Origin: Synechocystis sp. PCC 6803 substr. PCC-P
GTDB lineage: Bacteria > Cyanobacteriota > Cyanobacteriia > Cyanobacteriales > Microcystaceae
Direction of reading: 5' to 3'
Length of the DNA stretch: 32,000 bases
Assembly (NCBI RefSeq): GCF_000284455.1
Contig: NC_017039.1
Span: forward strand, 210,001-242,000
Of the stretch, positions 9,518-18,865 are shown piece by piece; the first letter of the stretch is position 1, and every line of letters begins with the position of its first letter. The translations under genes and the position numbers were made by a program. The notes below the pieces were generated by a model. The model was not told where the DNA came from, did no database searches, and saw nothing but the letters and a program-made list of their open reading frames with translations.

Positions 9518-9978
9518 GGGGGATAGTCTCCTAGAATCGTGAAAGTGCGGGTAAAAGTTAGCAGGCGAGTTCGACTGTGGTCAGGGGCAGAGCCGGATCT
9601 GGCCATTCCCACCAAGGGATCAAAACCCAGAACCCGATTGATTGCCTAACAGTCCACAGTAACAGCTTTGGTGAACGGAAAAATCAAGAGAATTCAGAAT
9701 AGGTTTTAGCAACCCAAGATAAACCCCCGACACAAAAAGTATCGGCTCTTGACAGCTTTTCCTGCTGTTGAAGTTGAATTTAGGAGGATAAATAAAAAAT
9801 TTACGGAAATTTGATTATCTACCCTATGAAAAGCATAGGAAACCTTGGGCCCTTTGACAACATAAGGGATTATGATAATTTTTAATTCGACTATTCAGCA
9901 TTACTAATCAAAAATCAGGGGGCAATCGCCGCTTTTGATACACATTTGGATAGTTAATTAACCGATGGCTATGGCCAC

Positions 9979-11463
9979 CTAGGGGAGGTCTGTTTCCCCC
10001 ATTAAGTAAAGGTCACAGGCTTTGGCTGCCCCCCGACCTTCGTTGAAAGCCCAGACCACCAAACTTTGGCCCCGGCGACAGTCCCCCGCCGCAAATACCC
10101 CGGGAATACTGGTTTCATACTGACCGTATTCAGCTTTAATATTGCCCCGGGCATCTTTATCCAATTTCATTGCATCCAGCAGTTGACTTTCTGGTCCCAC
10201 AAACCCCATGGCTAGCAAGACTAATTGAGCTGGTCTGACCTGTTCCGTGCCAGCCACTTGCTGGGGAATAAATCGTCCCTGCCCATCCTTTTCCCAACGG
10301 ACATCGACGGTATGGACTGCTTTGACCCGCCCCTGGTCATCCCCTTCAATTTTGGTGGCAGTGGTGAGGTAACTGCGGGGATCATGGCCATAGACGGCGG
10401 CGGCTTCTTCCTGGCCGTAGTCCATTTTGTAAACCTTGGGCCATTCTGGCCAGGGGTTGTTGGCGGCCCGTTCCTCCGGGGGTTTGGGCATAATTTCCAA
10501 TTGCACTAGGCTTCTGCAACCGTGGCGGAGGGAAGTACCCACACAGTCGGTGCCGGTGTCCCCTCCACCGATAATTACCACGTCTTTATCCTTGGCACTA
10601 ATGAAATTCGGGCCGGGAGTTTTATCTAAAATTGCCTTAGTGTTGGCGGTCAAAAATTCCATGGCGAAGTGGATGCCTTCCAGTTCCCGACCGGCGATCG
10701 CCAAATCCCTGGGCTTAGTGGCACCGGTACAGAGCACCACCGCGTCGTAGTCCTTGAGTAGGGTTTCCGGGGGTAAATCCTTGCCAATTTCCGTATTGCA
10801 AACAAAGGTGACTCCCTCTGCTTCCAGCACGTTTAAGCGGCGTAGCACCACTTCTTCCTTATCCAGCTTCATATTGGGAATGCCGTACATAAGCAAACCG
10901 CCGGGGCGGTCTTCCCGTTCATAAACCGTTACCCAATGACCGGCTTTGTTTAACTGGGCGGCGGCGGCTAAACCAGCGGGGCCAGAACCAACTACGGCTA
11001 CTTTTTTCCCCGTGCGTTTTGCGGGCGGTTCCGGCGTTACCCAACCTTCCTGCCAACCCTTTTCGATGATGGAATATTCAATATTTTTGATGGTCACCGG
11101 AGGATTATTGATGCCCAACACACAGGAGCCTTCGCAGGGAGCGGGACAAACCCGGCCAGTAAATTCAGGAAAGTTATTAGTCTTGTGAAGCCGATCTAAA
11201 GCTTCCCGCCACAGCCCCCGATAGACTAGGTCATTAAATTCCGGGATGAGGTTATTGATTGGGCAACCACTGGCCATGCCACTGATCAAACTACCGGTGT
11301 GACAAAAGGGCGTGCCGCAATCCATGCAACGGGCTCCCTGGGTTTCCACCTGCTTATCGGGCATGGTCACATGGAATTCGTCCCAATTCCTCAGGCGATC
11401 GCCGGGGCTTAACTCTTGGGGAATTTCGCGGGTATATTCCAGAAAACCAGTGGGTTTGCCCAT
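9979..11463 (-). CDS. gltD: Glutamate synthase small subunit (NADPH-type beta subunit), 494 aa
   Basis: [13 protein letters not shown]...[12 protein letters not shown]...[13 protein letters not shown] (Fe-S cysteines), [17 protein letters not shown] (FAD), [21 protein letters not shown] (NADPH). Confidence 0.96.
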   Translation of the reverse strand: MGKPTGFLEYTREIPQELSPGDRLRNWDEFHVTMPDKQVETQGARCMDCGTPFCHTGSLISGMASGCPINNLIPEFNDLVYRGLWREALDRLHKTNNFPEFTGRVCPAPCEGSCVLGINNPPVTIKNIEYSIIEKGWQEGWVTPEPPAKRTGKKVAVVGSGPAGLAAAAQLNKAGHWVTVYEREDRPGGLLMYGIPNMKLDKEEVVLRRLNVLEAEGVTFVCNTEIGKDLPPETLLKDYDAVVLCTGATKPRDLAIAGRELEGIHFAMEFLTANTKAILDKTPGPNFISAKDKDVVIIGGGDTGTDCVGTSLRHGCRSLVQLEIMPKPPEERAANNPWPEWPKVYKMDYGQEEAAAVYGHDPRSYLTTATKIEGDDQGRVKAVHTVDVRWEKDGQGRFIPQQVAGTEQVRPAQLVLLAMGFVGPESQLLDAMKLDKDARGNIKAEYGQYETSIPGVFAAGDCRRGQSLVVWAFNEGRGAAKACDLYLMGETDLP

Positions 11464-11741
11464 GCTCGTAGTTACCTCTTGTGGTGGGGGCGATCGCCGT
11501 AAATAAGGGATGTAAGCCTAGTTTAAAGCAGTTCCCAACCAATGGAGGGTAACTTTTATTGAGATTTGCTGGCCATGTTGCTTTTTGTTACAAACTTCCC
11601 CTCTGCCATTGGTACAAGTTACCAACAAAAATCCCTGGTGGGGCCATGGCCAAGCCCCGAACAACAATGATATTTTGGAATATGGGGCATTCAGACGGTC
11701 AAAGGTCGAAGTATTTTTAGCAAAAAATCAGCAATCAAACC

Positions 11742-13067
11742 ATGGTCAATCCCATTGTGGTGGCGGCTAAACAGGGTCAATGGCAACTAGTGCAAGAATA
11801 TTTATTCGCTGCCGCTTCAGACCAGGTTAACCAAAGGGACGAAAGGGGGCTGACGGTTTTGATGTACGCAGTAGCATCCCTGGAAATGACCACCGTCAAA
11901 CAATTGCTACAAGCGGGGGCTGACCCCAATCGCTCCCGGCCGCCCCATGGCATTACCCCCCTAATGTTGCTAGCGGGATTACAGTCCAACCCTAATAACC
12001 CTGAAAAAAATCCGGTTCAACAGGCGATCGCCGCAATGTTGATGGAATTTGGTGCCGAGGTGAATCAAGGTAATGATGACGGCACAACGGCGTTGATGAT
12101 GGCGGCCTATCGCAATAATTTACCTCTGGTGGAAACTTTACTAGCTGGAGGAGCCAGAGCCAAAATCCAAGACCAGCAGGGGACAACCGCCCTGGAATGG
12201 GCCATTAAACAGCAAAATTTGTCCATGGTTCGGAAGCTAATAGAGCACCACGCTCCGTTGGACCTCAGCGATGGGGATGGTAATTTACCCTTGACCCTGG
12301 CAATAAAAACAGGCGATCGAGTAATTGTTGACTATTTACTCCAAGCCGGTGCTCCCTGGGATCAGAATGGTTGGTTCACAGCGGTGGAGGAAGGAAACGT
12401 TGATCAGGTGAAAGCTTTCATCCAGGGCGGTTATCCCCTTACCCAGGCTGGGGATGGCGGCGATACAGCCTTACACATTGCTTGTTTAGAAGGTTACCAA
12501 TCCATGGTGACCATTCTGTTAGAAAAGGGCCCCAAAGATATGGTCAATGCCGTCAATCAAGCGGGGGACACGGCCTTACATTTGGCGATCGCCCAGGGAC
12601 ATGTGGAGATTGTGACCCAACTACTCAATGCCGGCGCCGACGGTAATTTTTCCAGCAATGGGGAACCGCCCCTCCTAACAGCCCTCACTGCCACCCATGG
12701 GAATGCCCAGACCCAAGCGGTCATGGTTAACGCCTTGGGCCGGGCAGGGGTTGACCTGGACCAAACCCTATGGGAAGGAAAAACCCCCTTAATGCTGGCA
12801 GCCATGGCAAATCTCGCTGCGGTGATTACCACCATCGCCAATTATTCTGTCCAAGTTAACCGTGGTGATCCCAACGGATCTACTGCCCTGATGTGGGCTT
12901 GCCATCGGGGCCACGGGGCGGCGGTAGAAGCCCTGCTGACTAATTTCCCCGCTTTAGACCTTAATCTCAAAAACCAGGGGGGCCAGACCGCCCTTGATTT
13001 AGCACGATTGAATCATCATGGGGCCATTGTGGCCTTGTTGGAATCCTATATTTCCCGCAGCGCTTGA
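11742..13067 (+). CDS. Ankyrin-repeat protein, 441 aa, about 12 repeats
   Basis: Repeated TALHxAxxxGxxxxVxxLLxxGA pattern, e.g. GDTALHIACLEGYQSMVTILLEKG and GDTALHLAIAQGHVEIVTQLLNAGAD. Confidence 0.95.
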   Translation: MVNPIVVAAKQGQWQLVQEYLFAAASDQVNQRDERGLTVLMYAVASLEMTTVKQLLQAGADPNRSRPPHGITPLMLLAGLQSNPNNPEKNPVQQAIAAMLMEFGAEVNQGNDDGTTALMMAAYRNNLPLVETLLAGGARAKIQDQQGTTALEWAIKQQNLSMVRKLIEHHAPLDLSDGDGNLPLTLAIKTGDRVIVDYLLQAGAPWDQNGWFTAVEEGNVDQVKAFIQGGYPLTQAGDGGDTALHIACLEGYQSMVTILLEKGPKDMVNAVNQAGDTALHLAIAQGHVEIVTQLLNAGADGNFSSNGEPPLLTALTATHGNAQTQAVMVNALGRAGVDLDQTLWEGKTPLMLAAMANLAAVITTIANYSVQVNRGDPNGSTALMWACHRGHGAAVEALLTNFPALDLNLKNQGGQTALDLARLNHHGAIVALLESYISRSA

Positions 13068-13113
13068 TTATTGGTTAGTAAATTTATTCGATCTTAATTT
13101 CTCTTTTCCCACC

Positions 13114-13596
13114 ATGGTTAATTCCCTACCGTCTCCTCCCCAACCTTTGCCCGATCGCCTGCTGGGGGAAAGTTGGCAATTTGTCGCTCTCCCAGCCCAG
13201 GATATTTGGCCCTATTTTGGCGATCGCCCCATGCGTTATCAAGCCATGCCAGAGCATTTGTCCCCTCTCCGGCTTGGTTTAGCCGCAGATTTACCCATCC
13301 CCGGTGTGGTTATTTACGGTGGTCGCCAATGTCGTTTCATCGGTGAATGGTTGGCGGAACAACAACCCAAAAGCCTGGTTTACATTGCCGAAGATCCCCA
13401 ACAATCGGGGGGATTGGTGCTTCATACCCAAAACGGCGATCGATGGGTCATGGTCACCTTTAAGGATGGGGAAATGGCCACCGCAGCGGGGGTGTTCAGT
13501 CAGCGACAACAAAAAGCCAAGGGTTTACATTTTCTCTGGCTCCAACCGGATAATTCGGGGGTGACTACCACGGGGGTCTGGTTATTGCAAAAGTAA
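13114..13596 (+). CDS. Conserved hypothetical protein, about 160 aa (ORF open from 13018; start MVNSLPSPPQ at 13114 avoids overlap with the ankyrin gene)
   Basis: Open frame; the upstream extension lies within the 3' end of 11742..13067. No recognised motif. Confidence 0.65.
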   Translation: MVNSLPSPPQPLPDRLLGESWQFVALPAQDIWPYFGDRPMRYQAMPEHLSPLRLGLAADLPIPGVVIYGGRQCRFIGEWLAEQQPKSLVYIAEDPQQSGGLVLHTQNGDRWVMVTFKDGEMATAAGVFSQRQQKAKGLHFLWLQPDNSGVTTTGVWLLQK

Positions 13597-13741
13597 TAGA
13601 ACATTAGCATTTCCATTTTCAATTAAGCTCAAAGAACCTAGAAACTAGACCATGAATTTCTGAGTTTGGGACATGGTCGGGGCGATCGCCCGATGGGCAT
13701 CCCTTAAGATTGTGATGAACCCTAGACAGTTGACAAAGACA

Positions 13742-14806
13742 ATGAATATTCAGTTTCTCGGTAACATTACAACGGCCATACTGCTAGCAGTAGTGCTACA
13801 GATTACCCTTTGGCCCTCAGCGGCCCAGGCCTGCACCAGAATTTTGTGGAATAACAATAAATTAGCTGTGGTGGTCGGCCGAACAATGGACTGGCCGGAA
13901 TCCACCGAGCCCGAGTTGATGGTTTTTCCCCAGGGCATCAAAAGAAATGGAGGCATGTTGGGGGACATGTTAGTGGTTAAAGACAACCCAGCCCAATGGA
14001 CTTCCAAATATGGCAGTGTAGTCACCACGGTTTATGGCATGGGTACGGTGGACGGCTTGAATGAAAAAGGACTGGGCATGCATATGCTTTACTTAACAGC
14101 GACGGATTTTGGCCCCCGCAATCCCAAGAAAGCCGGGGTACAGGCGGGACTGTGGGGACAATATTTACTGGACAATGCCGCCACTGTGAAGGAAGCCCTT
14201 GCGTTGATGAATGAGATTCAGCCGGTAATGGTTGCCCTGGATGATATGAAGGCAACGGTGCATTTAGCCATTGAAGATGCCAGTGGAGATTCGGCCATTC
14301 TGGAATACGTGGAGGGTAAGCTGGTTGTCCACCACGGCCCAGAGTATCGGGTGATGACGAACGATCCCACCTACGATCAACAATTGAAATTCTTGGAAAC
14401 TTGGGATTTTACCAATGCCACCCGCCAAACTCCCTTGCCTGGCAATGTGGATCCCAAAGATCGTTTTGTTCGGGCTAGCTATTACCAGATGATGTTGCCG
14501 GAACCGAAAACTGAACAGGAAGCCATTGCTGGTATTTTGGCGATCGCCCGCAATACTTCTGTTCCTTTTGGTGCCCCCAATAATATTCCTGGTTCTCTGT
14601 ATAACACGGAATATCGCACCGCCATTGACCTAACGAATCGTCGTTACTTTTTTGAGTTAACCACTAGCCCCAATGTCATTTGGGTCAACCTTGATCAACT
14701 TAATCTTGCCCCTGGTGCACCAGTGTTAAGTCTTGATCCTGATAATTTGGATCTGTCGGGAAATGTTACCGATAAATTTACTAAAGTGCTAAAAAGTCCA
14801 TTTTAG
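13742..14806 (+). CDS. Secreted Ntn-hydrolase of the choloylglycine hydrolase/penicillin V acylase family, 354 aa (likely start MNIQFLGNITT at 13742)
   Basis: Signal peptide ...LAVVLQITLWPSAAQA|CTRILWNNNKLAVVVGRTMDWPEST; C-x-R-x(4-)...GRTMDW is typical of Cys-nucleophile linear-amide hydrolases. Downstream GLNEKGLGMHMLYL, NDPTYDQQLKFL. Confidence 0.9.
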   Translation: MNIQFLGNITTAILLAVVLQITLWPSAAQACTRILWNNNKLAVVVGRTMDWPESTEPELMVFPQGIKRNGGMLGDMLVVKDNPAQWTSKYGSVVTTVYGMGTVDGLNEKGLGMHMLYLTATDFGPRNPKKAGVQAGLWGQYLLDNAATVKEALALMNEIQPVMVALDDMKATVHLAIEDASGDSAILEYVEGKLVVHHGPEYRVMTNDPTYDQQLKFLETWDFTNATRQTPLPGNVDPKDRFVRASYYQMMLPEPKTEQEAIAGILAIARNTSVPFGAPNNIPGSLYNTEYRTAIDLTNRRYFFELTTSPNVIWVNLDQLNLAPGAPVLSLDPDNLDLSGNVTDKFTKVLKSPF

Positions 14807-14832
14807 AAATTTGCCTAAAAATGCCCAATAAC

Positions 14833-14849
14833 CTCCCAAGTTTTGGGAG
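14833..14849. terminator. Short perfect hairpin between convergent genes, possible terminator
   Basis: CTCCCAA-GTT-TTGGGAG: 7-bp stem, 3-nt loop, in the 90-bp gap between the 3' ends of 13742..14806 and 14897..16363. No strong T-tract follows on either strand. Confidence 0.35.
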
Positions 14850-14896
14850 AAATGAGATCAAATTTTCCCAGTATTGCCCAACATCTGGTTGACTAA

Positions 14897-16363
14897 TTAA
14901 GCCGGGCCAGCAAAAAATTTCGTTAACCAATCCTTTAAAATCCAGGTGGCTCGGCAATCATCTTCGTTATAGCGCAAAATTAATTCCAAAAATTGGCGAT
15001 CGCCAGTGGTTAACCAATTGTCATACCAACAGACCGACTGATCACCGCTGGCCTGGGCATCCCGCCATTGAAAACCTAACCAACTCGCTAGGGACTTGAG
15101 GGAATAACTTTCCACCGGGCAGATCACATGGTTGACCACATAATGATGTAAATCAAAACATTGTTCGAGGATTTTTTCCCGTACTTTTGGGGGCGTTCCA
15201 TAAAGTTTTCCTAATCTCTTGATTGTTTCCCTTTCATACTCAGAAAAGTGATAAATGGGAGCATTAGGATAGGTCTGGATTAACTGGACAAATTCCTGCC
15301 AAATTAAGCCTTCTTCTTCGGGATCTTTGGCCATAAAACCATAGAATTTTTCCGTTTTTTGCCCATGGTCAACCACCACTACCCCCAGCAGATAATCCAA
15401 ATTTCGTTCCGGTTCCGCTTCAATGTCGAAATATAATTCCACTGGCGATCGGGGTAGGGGATAAACTTTTTTCTCCTTCGCCATGGCCCGTTTTTCCACT
15501 AAAGCCAAGGCCTGTTGTTGTAATTGTTCGGCGATCGCCGTGCCCATTAATTCGGCCACTTGCTGGGTTTGCAGTCGGGCGAGGGAATCAATGGTCAAAA
15601 CCCCCACCATTTGTAATGATTCGTAGCGGCTGGGGGTAACACCGGGTACCAAGGAAAGATGTTGTTGCTCCTGGGCAATGGCGTAGCAATGGTCATACCA
15701 GTGGCAGAGATTACATCGTTGGCGAGAAATAAATACCTCTGGTTCCCGCTGATGAATTAGGGTTTGCACACAGTCGGCTAGGGTTTGGTGAAAACGGGGC
15801 AACCATTCCAACAAATCCACCGAGTAAGAATTACCCCGCCGCAAAATAATTTCTACCCAACGGGGCAATGGTCCTTGATGTACCGCCAACAACTGGGCAT
15901 AGAAGGCGGCTAGAATTTTGTACTCCGGTTTTGGCCGACGACCCAATTGGATACTCACTGGCCGATATTGCCATGGCCCCCAACGGGATTCACCAGGAAC
16001 TTTAACCAATAAATGGGGATGGCCCAACAGTTCCAGCATTGGTAAATGGCCGTTGTTGTCGGTGTGCAAATTGACCGGCAAACTGTGGTAAAGACAACCC
16101 CGATAGATGCAATCTACCCCCTGGGCCATTAGGGTTTTGGTTTCCTGGGCCCGTTCTTGGCCAAGATAGGTGGGGGTTTCCGGTTCCCGATAATGGGGAA
16201 ATTGTTCCTCCAGAACTTCCTGGATATGTCTTTGACTTTCTTGACGCAGCTTAAGCAAAAAGTCCCGCTCCGGGCGGCGCTCCTCACTGGAGCCGTGGGT
16301 GTTGAGATAGGCCCGGCGTTGACAACGCTTATAATCCAGCAAAAGAGAGTCGGTGACTAACAT
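14897..16363 (-). CDS. TM0106-type RecB-like nuclease with C-terminal RNase H-like domain (ORF open from 16390; likely start MLVTDSLLLDYKRCQRRAYL at 16363)
   Basis: N-terminal LLLDYKRCQRRAYLN, C-rich ISRQRCNLCHWYDHC cluster, then ELYFDIEAEPERNLDYLLGVVVVD and IYHFSEYERETIKRLGKLYG typical of RNase H-fold domains fused to RecB-like nucleases. Confidence 0.82.
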   Translation of the reverse strand: MLVTDSLLLDYKRCQRRAYLNTHGSSEERRPERDFLLKLRQESQRHIQEVLEEQFPHYREPETPTYLGQERAQETKTLMAQGVDCIYRGCLYHSLPVNLHTDNNGHLPMLELLGHPHLLVKVPGESRWGPWQYRPVSIQLGRRPKPEYKILAAFYAQLLAVHQGPLPRWVEIILRRGNSYSVDLLEWLPRFHQTLADCVQTLIHQREPEVFISRQRCNLCHWYDHCYAIAQEQQHLSLVPGVTPSRYESLQMVGVLTIDSLARLQTQQVAELMGTAIAEQLQQQALALVEKRAMAKEKKVYPLPRSPVELYFDIEAEPERNLDYLLGVVVVDHGQKTEKFYGFMAKDPEEEGLIWQEFVQLIQTYPNAPIYHFSEYERETIKRLGKLYGTPPKVREKILEQCFDLHHYVVNHVICPVESYSLKSLASWLGFQWRDAQASGDQSVCWYDNWLTTGDRQFLELILRYNEDDCRATWILKDWLTKFFAGPA

Positions 16364-16535
16364 ATCGCCCCAACGACCACTAGCTGGCAATTATTTCGGT
16401 TTACTGTGCCCCCATGGTTACTATTCTGTCGGGGAAATTCGCTGAGATCATCCACAAAGTTCACAAATCAAAAATTTTGCCTTAGTCAACCCCCATTATT
16501 CTACGAAAATGATTAATTTATTGCCGACATGACGC

Positions 16536-17098
16536 CCTCTTACTGCCACCAATGGGGATGGGCTGACAGAAAAAGTACATAGCTCGGAATGGCAAATTAA
16601 CTATATCCAGTTGGAACGGGGTTAATTCCAGGCAGAGATTTTGAACTGTCCATGGTCTGATATGTAGCTAATCCGGGTACAACACAATCAGGTAATTAGA
16701 TCTATGGGAATCTCACTGTCGAGAAAGGTGGCGATCGCCCTTGGACTGTTTGCGAGCTGTGTCAAAAATTTTGTGTTAGTGAACGAACCCTACGTTAAGA
16801 CTTGCAAGAAACTTTTGGTATTGGCTCAAAAGCCTATTTGCAGACCGACAAACTCCATAGAGCTAGACGATAATTAAACTTAGCTGCCCCGGGGCAAACC
16901 ACCGTTACGGCGATCGCCTTCACAGATGTGTCAGGATTCAATCAACAGTTAACGGATCAAATGTCGGCATTTTGCCAAGTTGCTTCCCCGGTGAACGAAA
17001 AAGGGACAAAATTCGCTCCCAATCAACCAGCCCATCGGGATTACACAGCGGCAGCCATGGTCCGTACTCTTAATTGCTTAGCCGAAGGAGCTAAGTAA
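16536..17098 (+). pseudogene. Decayed AraC-family (HTH) transcriptional regulator remnant
   Basis: Frame of 16587: SSEWQINYIQLERG*FQAEIL. Frame of 16700: RPWTVCELCQKFCVSERTLR*DLQETFGIGSKAYLQTDKLHRARR*LNLAAPGQTTVTAIA. The second resembles the AraC C-terminal HTH region (CxxxxVSERTLRRxFxExFGxSPKAYLxxxRLHRARRxL...TVTxIA) with stops at 16796 and 16871. One frame change and several stops. Confidence 0.65.
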
Positions 17099-17122
17099 GA
17101 AAATTAACCTATCTAGAATTTT

Positions 17123-17899
17123 ATGTTGAAAAATATTTTTGCCCTGACAATTTTTGGGGGAATTTTTGGGGCTTTTCCCGTCCTTTCCCAAACGCCAATT
17201 CCCCAAACCGAAGCTCCGGCGAGAACCACAGATCAGTTAGTTGATCAAGTTTGTGGTTTTATCCAGTCCCAAAAGACTTTTAGTGTAGATATGGCCATTA
17301 CCTATGATGAATTATTGGAGATAGGTAGTAAAGTTCAATACAGCGCTAACCAAGCACTATTAGTGGCAAAACCGAACCGTTTACGCTCCGATTATGTCGG
17401 GGATGAACGGGTAACAAATTTTTACTACGATGGTAGGAATTTTACCCTCCAGGCTCCCAATTTAGGATTTTATAACACTAAACCGGCACCGGATACATTG
17501 GATGGTGTGTTAGATCAAATTGATAGCAAATACGGCATCACTCTGCCCATGTCTAACTTGTTTGCCAGTGATCCCTGTGAAGATTTAAAAGCAGAAACCG
17601 AAAGTAGTTTCTTTGTGGGTAATAATTTAGTGGGTAATGAAGAAACCTATCAAATTTTGCTTCAGGGGGAAAATAGGGACTTTCAGATATGGATTAGTCA
17701 GGGGGAGCAACCTGTGTTAAAAAAGGCAATCATCACCTATAAAGACTTGCCCGGAGAGCCCCAATATACAGTGGTATTTTCCAATTGGAATTTCCAGCCA
17801 GAATTACCTAGCAGTGCTTTTACTTTCACCCCAGCTAAAGACGATGTAATGGTGGAATTTATTCCCCTAGATAAACTGAATTTGCCGTCAGAAAATTAG
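17123..17899 (+). CDS. Secreted/periplasmic DUF2092-like conserved hypothetical protein, 258 aa
   Basis: Signal peptide MLKNIFALTIFGGIFGAFPVLSQT; FSVDMAITYDELLEIGSKVQYSANQALLVAKPNRLRSDYVGDERVTNFYYDGRNFTLQAPNLGFY pattern. Confidence 0.85.
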   Translation: MLKNIFALTIFGGIFGAFPVLSQTPIPQTEAPARTTDQLVDQVCGFIQSQKTFSVDMAITYDELLEIGSKVQYSANQALLVAKPNRLRSDYVGDERVTNFYYDGRNFTLQAPNLGFYNTKPAPDTLDGVLDQIDSKYGITLPMSNLFASDPCEDLKAETESSFFVGNNLVGNEETYQILLQGENRDFQIWISQGEQPVLKKAIITYKDLPGEPQYTVVFSNWNFQPELPSSAFTFTPAKDDVMVEFIPLDKLNLPSEN

Positions 17900-17954
17900 T
17901 GATTTTAAGACTGGATCATTTCCGGTCATATCCTTTAAAACTATGGGCCCAACT

Positions 17955-18812
17955 ATGAAATCTTTAGTGCGTCAAACTGCCTGTTTATTTTCCATTCTCA
18001 TTTTAGGATTGACCCTTTTACCCATGGATTCGGCCTTGGCTAGGGGAGGCCGAGGGGGAGGTAGTCGAGGGGGCGGCGGCGGTGCTTCTCCCCGGATGAG
18101 TTCCGGTGGTGCCAATCGGAGCGGTGGGGGAATGCAAAATCGGGGCAGTTTTAACAGTAGCAGTCGTTCCCAAAGTCGGAGTTCAGGGCAGGCTAACCGC
18201 CAAAGTAACCGTCAAGCCGGCAGTCAAAGTCGTCAGGACAACCGGCAAGGAAATCAACAAAACCGTCAGAGTAACCGTCAAACGGGGAGCCAGAATCGTC
18301 AGGATAACCGTCAGGGGAACCAGCAAAATCGGCAAGATCAAAGAACTCAAAGGACGGATACCCGTCAGGGAGAACGCTCTAACCGCACTGATACCCGACA
18401 ACAAGGAGCAACCGATCGCCAAAATAATCGCCAAAACTTTGTGGACAACAATAATAATTGGTACAACGGCGGTGGCTGGTATGGGGGCGGTTACGGAGTG
18501 CCACCGGGATGGGGCTGGGTCGGCTTCACCACTGGGCTCGTTTTAGGAACGGCGATCGCCACTCCTCCTCCCTATTACGACACCGTCTATGTCGGTTCTT
18601 CGTCCTATATGTATTCCGATGGGGTTTATCTCCAACCCAGTGGGGATGAATATGTGATAGTTGCACCACCAGTGGGAGCGACAGTTAATTATTTACCCGA
18701 TGGTTGTACTTCTGTGAGCTTAAATGGGGGATATTATTTCGATTGCGGTGGTATTTACTATCAACCATTTTTTGAAAATGGCATAGCAGTTTATCAAGTC
18801 GTGCAACTCTAA
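17955..18812 (+). CDS. Secreted low-complexity protein with Gly-rich then Arg/Gln/Asn-rich region and a structured C-terminal domain (ORF open from 17943)
   Basis: Signal peptide MKSLVRQTACLFSILILGLTLLPMDSALA, then GRGGGSRGGGGG..., RQNRQSNRQ..., and C-terminal DGVYLQPSGDEYVIVAPPVGATVNYLPDGCTSVSLNGGYYFDCGGIYYQP. Confidence 0.85.
   Translation: MKSLVRQTACLFSILILGLTLLPMDSALARGGRGGGSRGGGGGASPRMSSGGANRSGGGMQNRGSFNSSSRSQSRSSGQANRQSNRQAGSQSRQDNRQGNQQNRQSNRQTGSQNRQDNRQGNQQNRQDQRTQRTDTRQGERSNRTDTRQQGATDRQNNRQNFVDNNNNWYNGGGWYGGGYGVPPGWGWVGFTTGLVLGTAIATPPPYYDTVYVGSSSYMYSDGVYLQPSGDEYVIVAPPVGATVNYLPDGCTSVSLNGGYYFDCGGIYYQPFFENGIAVYQVVQL
18204..18335 (+). repeat. Imperfect 66-bp tandem duplication inside the low-complexity region
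   Basis: Encodes SNRQAGSQSRQDNRQGNQQNRQ followed directly by SNRQTGSQNRQDNRQGNQQNRQ (2 x 22 aa). Confidence 0.85.
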
Positions 18813-18865
18813 TTATTAATTAGCCTAGAAAGTATTACAAATTTTATTCCTGTTATGACTGTCCT

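Noticed and set aside
9221-9526. 101-aa plus-strand ORF
   Set aside because: Antisense to ccmK2 with no independent support.
9518-9978. Specific regulator binding site upstream of ccmK2
   Set aside because: This 461-bp region must contain the ccm promoter, but I could not identify a defined LysR-type or other operator by eye with confidence.
18106-18546. 146-aa plus-strand ORF in another frame
   Set aside because: Alternative frame of the R/Q/N-rich repeat region of the 17955-18812 gene; its Val/Thr/Arg-repeat composition is a by-product of the CGTCAG-type repeats.
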